The position numbers and the translations under genes are program-made. From Gemmatimonadales bacterium (GTDB lineage: Bacteria; Gemmatimonadota; Gemmatimonadetes; Gemmatimonadales; GWC2-71-9), in assembly GCA_038250675.1 (NCBI GenBank), contig JBBSCB010000002.1:130658-194657 (forward strand): 64,000 nt of DNA. The letters run 5' to 3'. Each line of letters starts with the position of its first letter. Positions within the stretch are counted from its first letter, which is position 1. The notes beneath the pieces are model-generated. The model saw only the letters and a program-made list of their open reading frames with translations, was not told the origin of the DNA and made no database searches. Positions 57,305 through 64,000 of the stretch are shown in pieces.

Positions 57305-57548
57305 GTCACCTCGCTGCCGGGTCGGTCAGAATCGCTGCGGTAAACCATCACCGCACGAGGCGCTAAATCTAGACGCGGCACGCGCCTGTTGCCACGCGAG
57401 CGGGCCGGGAGCGGCGTGGCGCGCCCCGTGGCACCCTCCTTGATAGTCTGGAGAACGCGTCGCCCGCGATCGGTATTGCCGACCGCCGATGACCATCAAT
57501 TAAGCGTCGATAACAGAACAACTTGGGGACATATGCCCGCCCAGATTC

Positions 57549-58841
57549 ATGCCCGCTGATCGTCTTCGCCTGACCCGCGCCTTGCACCGAATCGGCGCGC
57601 TTGCGGTGCTGAGCCTCGGTGCCGGCGTCGCGATCCTCACCTGGTACATCGTCGCGCGGGTGCCCGCCGGCACTCCGCCAGTCAGCGCCGCGCTCTGGGC
57701 CACCGGGGCCTTCCTGGTGCTCGGGCTGGGCGTGGAGCTGGCAGTCGTCGGGTGGCTCCGGCGCCAGATCGTCGCGCCGTTGCTGGCGGCGGAAGCGGTC
57801 GCGGCCCGGGTGACCGGAGGCGATCTGTCGCTCCCCGAGGCGCCGAGCGGCCCAGCGCTCCGGGGCGGCCAGCTGATGACGTCGGTCACCGCGATGATCG
57901 GCGCGCTGCGCGATCTCACCACCGCAATGCAGTCGGCGGCGCACGATGCCGCCGCCATGGCCCAGCAGATCGCCGCCTCGACCCAGCAGATGACCGCGTC
58001 CACCCAGGAAGTGGCCAGCACGACCGCCGACCTGACCGAGCGCGCCGGCCAGCAGGCCGTGATCGTGCGTGCGGCCGCGGACGACGCCGCCAAGATCCTC
58101 GAGATCGCCGAAGGACTCGCTGCCGGCGCCGTGCAGGCCGCCGACCGGAATGCGGCCCTGGCCAGGCTGGCCCGCAGCCACAAGGAGCAGCTCGACGCCA
58201 GCACCACCGAGCTGGCCCGGCTGACCGACGAGGTCGAGCGCGGCGCCGAAGAGGCGGAGGCTCTGGCGGCGTCCTCGACCGAAATCGAGAAATTCATCAC
58301 TCAGACCAAGGCCATCGCCAAGCAGACGCACATGCTGGCGCTCAACGCATCCATCGAAGCGGCGCGGGCCGGAGAAGAGGGCAAGGGGTTCAGCGTCGTG
58401 GCCGAGGAGGTCCGCAAGCTGGCGAACCAGACCGCCGCGGCCGCTACCAGCACGAGCCAGACGGTCCAGGAGGTGGTGAGCCGGGTGCAGACCGCGCGCG
58501 AACGCCTGCTGCGCCTGGGCCACGGCGGGGTCGTGGCGCGCGACGCGGCGCACGCCGCGGCCGAAGGGCTGCTGCGCGTCGCCTCCGACGCCGAGGAGAA
58601 TGACGTGTGGACCCGGCGAATCTCCAGCTCGGCCGACCAGGTGCGCGGACTCATCGAGGGGATCGCGGGCCGCATGAAGGAGGTCTCGGCCGGCACCGAG
58701 GACTACGCCGCCGCGGCCCAGGAGATCGCCGCCGCCGCCGAAGAGCTCAACGCCTCGACGTCCGAGATCTCCACCTCGGCTGCCCACCTCGCGAGTGCCG
58801 CCGAAAAGCTCACCAGCGCCGTCGGCGGCTTCCGACTCTAG
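57549..58841 (+). CDS. methyl-accepting chemotaxis protein (two TM, minimal periplasmic loop, HAMP)
   Basis: Signalling hairpin [30 protein letters not shown], with heptad-rich flanks. Confidence 0.9.
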   Translation: MPADRLRLTRALHRIGALAVLSLGAGVAILTWYIVARVPAGTPPVSAALWATGAFLVLGLGVELAVVGWLRRQIVAPLLAAEAVAARVTGGDLSLPEAPSGPALRGGQLMTSVTAMIGALRDLTTAMQSAAHDAAAMAQQIAASTQQMTASTQEVASTTADLTERAGQQAVIVRAAADDAAKILEIAEGLAAGAVQAADRNAALARLARSHKEQLDASTTELARLTDEVERGAEEAEALAASSTEIEKFITQTKAIAKQTHMLALNASIEAARAGEEGKGFSVVAEEVRKLANQTAAAATSTSQTVQEVVSRVQTARERLLRLGHGGVVARDAAHAAAEGLLRVASDAEENDVWTRRISSSADQVRGLIEGIAGRMKEVSAGTEDYAAAAQEIAAAAEELNASTSEISTSAAHLASAAEKLTSAVGGFRL

Positions 58842-58898
58842 GTGACGCGGCTCACCGCCGGGAGCATGCCGGCGGTGGTATATCCAGCGACCCGCTGC

Positions 58899-59720
58899 AT
58901 GGAGGTCGCCGTGAGCCGTGGCCGGTTGTTGATCGCCGTCGTCGTCGCGTTGGTGTCGCTACTCGGCTACTTCGGGAGCAGCGTCCTCAATCCCGTCACC
59001 CATGAAAAGCAGCACGTCGGCGGCGTCACACCGGACCAGGAGATCGCCATGGGTCTCCAGGCGGCTCCGGACATGTCGCGCCAGTTCGGCGGCGAGGCAC
59101 CGGACGCCCGGGGCCAGGCACTGGTCGACCAGGTCGGCGCGCGCATCGTATCTCGGACCGACGCGGGCAGCACGCCGTACCACTACGAGTTCCACCTGCT
59201 GGCCGATCCCCAGACCATCAATGCCTTTGCCCTGCCCGGCGGACAGGTCTTCATCACCGAAGGCCTGCTCCAGCGGCTGAAGACCGAGGGACAGCTGGCC
59301 GGCGTACTGGGTCACGAGATCGGTCATGTCGTGGCCAGGCACGGGGCGGAGCATATCGCCAAGTCGCAGCTCACGCAGGGACTCACCGGTGCCGCGGTTC
59401 TCGCCACCTACGACCCGAATGATCCCGCCAGCCGCAACTCCGCCGCCGTCGCCGCCATGATCGGTCAGCTGGTGGGCATGCGCTTTGGCCGACAGGACGA
59501 ACTGGAGGCGGACGCCCTGGGCGTCCGCTTCATGGCCGACGCCGGCTACGATCCGCGCTCGATGGAAGCACTGATGCAGGTTCTGGAGGAAAGCAGCCAG
59601 GGAAACCGGCCGCCGGAGTTCTTCAGCACCCACCCCAATCCGGAGAACCGGATCGTCCGGATCCGTGAGGAGATCAGCGCGCGCTATCCTGGCGGCGTCC
59701 CGGCGGGGCTGGAGAAGTGA
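58899..59720 (+). CDS. M48 family metallopeptidase
   Basis: N-terminal TM, HEIGHVVARH, and a downstream ELEAD. Alternative starts are GTG 58842 and ATG 58866. Confidence 0.85.
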   Translation: MEVAVSRGRLLIAVVVALVSLLGYFGSSVLNPVTHEKQHVGGVTPDQEIAMGLQAAPDMSRQFGGEAPDARGQALVDQVGARIVSRTDAGSTPYHYEFHLLADPQTINAFALPGGQVFITEGLLQRLKTEGQLAGVLGHEIGHVVARHGAEHIAKSQLTQGLTGAAVLATYDPNDPASRNSAAVAAMIGQLVGMRFGRQDELEADALGVRFMADAGYDPRSMEALMQVLEESSQGNRPPEFFSTHPNPENRIVRIREEISARYPGGVPAGLEK

Positions 59721-60123
59721 CACAGTGGTCGCCGCAGCCGAACCGGTAACGGTTGCGGGCAAACGACCGATAGGCGTGATCGGCGAGGCGGCCGGCGAGC
59801 GGCAGGCGGAAGACCCACCCAATGAGCCGGCCGCGCGGCAGCAGGTCCAGCAGCCGCTCGACGGCCGCGGCCCCCGCCCATGTCTGTCCATCCGGCGCGA
59901 TCAGCTGCATCGCTTCGGCATATGCGGCCGGAGCGATCCAGGGAAATCGGTCACGAACCACCGGGTCGTCGGACGGCAGCGTCGCGATTACGCCGCCGGC
60001 GTCCCACCGCTCGACCACGCCAACCAGTCTCTGGCAGACGTCGCAGGCACCATCGTAGACCAGCGTGTAGCGGCCGGGAGCGTGGCTGTCCTGGCCGCCG
60101 GCACCGGCCTGGTCAGGGCCCAT
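59674..60123 (-). CDS. thiol-disulfide oxidoreductase DCC family protein (DUF393)
   Basis: YDGACDVC motif and a C-terminal NRYRFGCGDHC. Confidence 0.8.
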   Translation of the reverse strand: MGPDQAGAGGQDSHAPGRYTLVYDGACDVCQRLVGVVERWDAGGVIATLPSDDPVVRDRFPWIAPAAYAEAMQLIAPDGQTWAGAAAVERLLDLLPRGRLIGWVFRLPLAGRLADHAYRSFARNRYRFGCGDHCVTSPAPPGRRQDSAR

Positions 60124-60272
60124 ACTGGCGCGGTGCCGCGCGCTCGATGCTCAGGGTCCCCGCATCGCCCGCGCTCACGATGCCGGCCCCGGCACGGCGG
60201 CGATGGCCTGCACTTCGACGGCGTAGCCGTGACGGAGCGCATGGACCGGGACGACGGCGTGCGCGCCGGTGG

Positions 60273-60719
60273 TCATTGGCGGCACACGCAGAGCGTCGCG
60301 ACGTAGGTGGAGGGCGCGATCGTGCCACCGGCTGGCGGAGCCGGCGCGAGCGACACCAGCCGGAGCACCTGGGCGCCGAGCGGCACTTCGGTCGGCTGGG
60401 TTCCGGTGTTGAGCGTGAGGCTCCGCGACGCTGCGCCCGCCGTGGCGACATGGAGCACGACGGCAGCGTTGCCGGCCTGTACGCATTGCACGCCCGCCGG
60501 ACACCGCGAATCGCTGGCCACACCGGCAAAGGTGATGCTCGAGCTGGCGCCGCCGATCGCAGCCGTCTCACCTGTATGCAGTCGGAATTCCTGCCCCACC
60601 GTCACCGACACACCGGCCGCGGGGGCCGCCCCAACCGCCGGACTGGCGGTCGAGCCGCCGCCCGCGCAGGCGGCCAACGCCGCGATGGCGGCCGCCGTCA
60701 TCCAGACCTGCTTCGTCAT
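60273..60719 (-). CDS. hypothetical lipoprotein
   Basis: GGGAGG ribosome-binding site, ATG at 60719, lipobox LAAC. Contains a DSRCPAGVQCVQAG segment. Confidence 0.6.
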   Translation of the reverse strand: MTKQVWMTAAAIAALAACAGGGSTASPAVGAAPAAGVSVTVGQEFRLHTGETAAIGGASSSITFAGVASDSRCPAGVQCVQAGNAAVVLHVATAGAASRSLTLNTGTQPTEVPLGAQVLRLVSLAPAPPAGGTIAPSTYVATLCVCRQ

Positions 60720-60732
60720 GGTTGCCTCCCTG

Positions 60733-61320
60733 TCAGCCGTTGTAGACCTGGCCGCCCCGCGCCAGGTAATCCTCCAGCACTGCCCGGGCCTCCGCGCGTC
60801 GCACCTCATGCACGATTGCGATGCCCCGGGCCTCCAGATAGCGGAACGATTCGGGAAAGACCGGTCCTTCATCGAACCCCAGTGCAAGCGCGTCGGTGCG
60901 GGTCGCGCCAGAGACCAGCCGGCGCACCCCGCTCCAGAGCACAGCACCGAGGCACATGGCGCAGGGATCGCATGAGCTGACGAGCTCGTGCGACGGAAGG
61001 CCGGCGGCGTCCAGCGTGAACGATCCCTGCCGGTACTGCGCCATCATGAGCGCCATGGTCTCACCGTGCAGCGTACAGTTGCCCGACCGCACGACGCTGT
61101 TGACGCCGACGGAGACGAGCCCGCCATCGTGGGTGAACACCGCCGCGCCAAACGGCCCGCCGGTGCCGCGCCGGACGTTCTCCCGGGCGAGCGCGATGGC
61201 GAGTTCCATGCGGTCGTCATCGCCCGGATAATCGCGATCCCAGTCGACCAATTCCCGCACCCAGTCCGGACACGCGACAACCAGCCGCGGGTACCGATCA
61301 CCCGTCGCGGCGTCAGCCAT
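60733..61320 (-). CDS. nucleoside (CMP/dCMP / guanine-type) deaminase family protein
   Basis: Zinc motifs H(G)E (CTLHGETMA) and PCxxC (DPCAMCLGA). Confidence 0.85.
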   Translation of the reverse strand: MADAATGDRYPRLVVACPDWVRELVDWDRDYPGDDDRMELAIALARENVRRGTGGPFGAAVFTHDGGLVSVGVNSVVRSGNCTLHGETMALMMAQYRQGSFTLDAAGLPSHELVSSCDPCAMCLGAVLWSGVRRLVSGATRTDALALGFDEGPVFPESFRYLEARGIAIVHEVRRAEARAVLEDYLARGGQVYNG

Positions 61321-61477
61321 CAGCGGCCGGCGGCCGGCGGGTTAATCGCCCGACGCGCACAAGCATGCTCATTCGGCCAGGTCACCACGCTGGAGACGGA
61401 GCCACCCACGCCAGGCCAGTGCCTCGCGTGGGTTGAAGATGCCGCCGCCACAGGCGTGGGTCGAGTCCCACCCGCGC

Positions 61478-61864
61478 CTACTTGCCGGCGTCGCTCGACC
61501 TCGTCCGCATCGTCGCGTGATCCTCCGCCGTGTCCACATGCTGCTGCCCGGTGACGCGGTCCCATGCATCCCGCACCGCGTCCTTGATCTCGTCCCAGGC
61601 GGATTGGTGCTCGCCGCGGTGCTCGTAGCGGTCCCAGCCCTGGCGCAGGTCGCCCTCCGCGTCATCCCAGGTGCGCCCGGCGTGGTGCCGGGCCGATTCG
61701 ACACCGTACCGGTAAGCTGGGCGGAAGCGGTCGTAGTAGTCGGGTCCCAGCGAGTAGGGGCGGCTCGAGAAGTTCTCGGTCCAGTAGTTGTCTTCGGTCT
61801 CCCACGCCGCCAGCCAGTCGGTGCGCAGCGGGTTCGCGGGATCCACGATTTCATTGCCAGCCAT
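61478..61864 (-). CDS. hypothetical protein (Trp/Asp/Arg-rich)
   Basis: 128 aa with coding-like codon usage. No recognisable motif. Confidence 0.5.
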   Translation of the reverse strand: MAGNEIVDPANPLRTDWLAAWETEDNYWTENFSSRPYSLGPDYYDRFRPAYRYGVESARHHAGRTWDDAEGDLRQGWDRYEHRGEHQSAWDEIKDAVRDAWDRVTGQQHVDTAEDHATMRTRSSDAGK

Positions 61865-62002
61865 GGTCGGTGCTCCGATGAGTGAGGTCAGCGCGGCTCA
61901 TGCAGCCGCGGGTTGCGCGTCCGGTGCCGCACCTGACACGTTAACGCTTGCGGGCCGCATGGACTGTGAGCCGGCCCACCAAGGCGCGGCTATGTTTCTG
62001 CG

Positions 62003-62824
62003 ATGATGTCCAGACGCGTGCTTCGCGCGATGTTCGGGGTGATGGGCCGGATCTCGCCGCCGCTGGGTGCCCGCTGCGCCGAGATGATCTTCTGCCGACC
62101 GCCGGCGCAGCGGACGCGGCCCGATGAGGAGGCCTTCATCGCCACCGGCCGGCCGCTGGGCGTGACGTATGAGGGTGGGGCGTTCAGCGCGTGGGAGTGG
62201 GGCACGGGACCGACCATCGTGCTCGCGCATGGCTGGGGCAGCCGGGCCGGCCGGTGGGCCCCGGCGGTCCCGGCGCTCGTGGCCGCCGGCTTCCGGGTGG
62301 TCGCCTACGACGCGCCCGCGCATGGCGGCTCGCCGGGGTTCCGCGCCTCACTGCCCGAGTTTGCGGCCGCACTTCGGGCGGTGGCAGCGGCGACCGGCCC
62401 GCTCCATGCCGCGGTGGGTCACTCGCTGGGCGGGACCGCCGTCGCCGTGGCGCTGAGCCAGGGCCTCACCGCCGACCGCGCGGTGCTGATCGCCGCCCCG
62501 GCTGATCCGGCCTCCTACGCCGACCGGCTGGCGGAGGAGCTCCGACTGACGACGGTGATCCGGCGGCGTATGCAGCAGAACCTGGAGCGCCGGCTCCGGC
62601 TGTCATGGGACGCCATTCATCTCCCATCCATCGTCCGTGAGCTGACGACCCCGGCGCTGATCATCCACGACCGCGACGACCCCGACGTCAGCGCCGACAA
62701 TGCCGAGGCGATCGTGCGGGCGTGGCCGGGTGCCGCGCTGCTGCTGACCGGAGGATTGGGCCACGGTGCGATCCTGCGCGATCGTACGGTGATCGCCGCC
62801 GTCACGGAGTTTGTGACCCGGTGA
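62003..62824 (+). CDS. alpha/beta hydrolase
   Basis: HGWGS oxyanion region, GHSLGG nucleophile elbow, and a C-terminal GLGHGAI. Confidence 0.8.
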   Translation: MMSRRVLRAMFGVMGRISPPLGARCAEMIFCRPPAQRTRPDEEAFIATGRPLGVTYEGGAFSAWEWGTGPTIVLAHGWGSRAGRWAPAVPALVAAGFRVVAYDAPAHGGSPGFRASLPEFAAALRAVAAATGPLHAAVGHSLGGTAVAVALSQGLTADRAVLIAAPADPASYADRLAEELRLTTVIRRRMQQNLERRLRLSWDAIHLPSIVRELTTPALIIHDRDDPDVSADNAEAIVRAWPGAALLLTGGLGHGAILRDRTVIAAVTEFVTR

Positions 62825-62829
62825 TCGTG

Positions 62830-63090
62830 ATGGATCGGGAGAACCTGCTCGCCCGCGGCTGGTCGCATGTGGTATCGACCACCCACGACCTCGAGGAGCT
62901 GGAGGCGTTCCGGCGGCGGGTCGGCGCCCCGCCACCGGCGCTTCAACTCGGCAACCGGCGCTGGCCGCACCTCGATCTCAAGGCCGAGCCGCGCGAACGG
63001 GCGCTGGCATGCACCGACATCGTGATCGTGGAGCGGACCAGCGACCTGATCCGTTACGTGCGTGCCGCGCGGGCGTCGGGCGGCCGGTAG
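62830..63090 (+). CDS. DUF4031-like small protein
   Basis: WSHVVSTTHDLEELEAFRRRVG ... PHLDL ... A pattern. Alternative GTG starts at 62821 and 62827 overlap the hydrolase stop codon. Confidence 0.65.
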   Translation: MDRENLLARGWSHVVSTTHDLEELEAFRRRVGAPPPALQLGNRRWPHLDLKAEPRERALACTDIVIVERTSDLIRYVRAARASGGR

Positions 63091-64000
63091 TCGCGGCCGC
63101 GGATGGCCACGAGCAGCGTGGGAATGGCAAAGAGCGTGATGGGCGTGGAGAGGGTGAGTCCGCCGATCACGGCCAGCGCCAGCGGCCGCTGCAGTTCGCT
63201 GCCCGCACCGAGTCCCAGCGCGAGCGGCAGCAGTCCGAAGAGAGTGCAGAGCGTCGTCATGAGAATGGGCCGGAGCCGCACCCGCGCGGCCTCGCGAATG
63301 GCCGGCTCCAGTGCCACCCCGCCCTCGCGCATCCGGTGCCGGGTGAAGTCGAGCAGGATGATGCCGTTCTTTACGATCAGTCCCACCAGCAGGATCATCC
63401 CCATGAATGACGAGACGTTGAGCGGTGTGCCGGTGATGAGCAGGAGCGCCAGCGCGCCCACGAACGACACCGGGGCGGCCATCACGATGACCAGCGGCTC
63501 CACGAACGACTCGAACTGCACGACCATCACCGCCACCACGCTCACCGCCGCCAGTCCGAGCACAATCAGCAGTGCCCGGAACGCCTCCTGCTGGCTGGCG
63601 TACTGTCCGGCGATCTCGACCCGGATGCCGGCGGGCGGGGGCGCCGCGGCCAGCACGTCCTTGACGTCCTTCATCACGTCGCCGAGGGAGCGCCCGCTGA
63701 CGTCCGCGGTGATCGAGATCATCTGCTGCTGATTTTCCCGGAGGAGCTGTGCCCGTGATTCCGCCGGCGTGATCGTCGCCAGCGCCGAGAGCGGTGTGGG
63801 CGTGCCCGAGCCGCGGGCAACCGGCAGTGAGCCCAGGCGGAGCGGGTCGTACCGCATGGAATCGGGCGCGCGGACCCTGACCGCGATCGTCCGATCGTCG
63901 AGCCGGACCTCGCCGGCGGGCACGCCGAGCAGCGGGCCGCTCACGGCGGCGCCGACCTGCGCCGGGGTCAACCCCAGCCGCGCCGCCTGCGGCCCGTCCA
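63054..64000 (-). CDS. efflux RND transporter permease subunit (3' part; continues beyond the window)
   Basis: C-terminal TM bundle (FMGMILLVGLIVKNGILLLDF, RLRPILMTTLCTLFGLLPLAL). The frame stays open to base 64000. Confidence 0.9.
   Translation of the reverse strand, partial: DGPQAARLGLTPAQVGAAVSGPLLGVPAGEVRLDDRTIAVRVRAPDSMRYDPLRLGSLPVARGSGTPTPLSALATITPAESRAQLLRENQQQMISITADVSGRSLGDVMKDVKDVLAAAPPPAGIRVEIAGQYASQQEAFRALLIVLGLAAVSVVAVMVVQFESFVEPLVIVMAAPVSFVGALALLLITGTPLNVSSFMGMILLVGLIVKNGIILLDFTRHRMREGGVALEPAIREAARVRLRPILMTTLCTLFGLLPLALGLGAGSELQRPLALAVIGGLTLSTPITLFAIPTLLVAIRGRDYRPPDARAART

Noticed and set aside
57490-57520. Sigma28 (FliA)-like -10 elements (GCCGATGA, GTCGATAA) upstream of the MCP gene.
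   Set aside because: Neither has a TAAA-type -35 element at the required 15-nt distance.

Overview
64-kb window from a roughly 70% GC chromosome of a Gram-negative-type (diderm) bacterium. The diderm call rests on TolC, FadL, RND and MacAB genes, lipoproteins, and beta-barrels ending in an aromatic residue. Gene content is reminiscent of Gemmatimonadota-like lineages, but that is inference only and cannot be checked here. I call about 62 protein-coding genes, densely packed, many with overlapping stop/start codons (ATGA, GTGA, TGATG). Most are housekeeping or envelope functions: metH plus a homocysteine-methyltransferase/MTHFR fusion, acyl-CoA dehydrogenase, PBP4, an OPT transporter, an ECF transporter module, several peptidases (M42, M28-PDZ, M48), a polX-nth operon, cyclophilin, and a FadL + SGNH pair. 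There is also a 10-gene same-strand block carrying an ECF sigma factor with TolC-MacAB efflux, plus a ClC channel, a cytochrome b + molybdoenzyme pair, fabH, a second ECF sigma/anti-sigma/PDZ operon, leuS, an orphan MCP, and the 3' part of an RND pump. I recognised no rRNA, tRNA, CRISPR array, transposase, integrase, restriction-modification system or known defence system, and I did not find a clearly novel multi-gene system. The most unusual observations are at motif level. (1) The two ECF ATPases carry complementary degenerate motifs, which predicts one consensus and one dead ATP site. (2) The PolX has lost all three polymerase catalytic carboxylates but keeps an intact PHP nuclease domain, and it is translationally coupled to an unknown 220-aa ORF and to endonuclease III. 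(3) Several collapsed gene remnants are present: one clear histone-deacetylase-family remnant, plus weaker FAD-oxidoreductase and RidA-like candidates. (4) The cyclophilin TGA stop is in frame with coding-like sequence of the next ORF. Long antisense and alternative-frame ORFs in the track are treated as high-GC artefacts. All family assignments come from motif recognition by eye. No database search was run.
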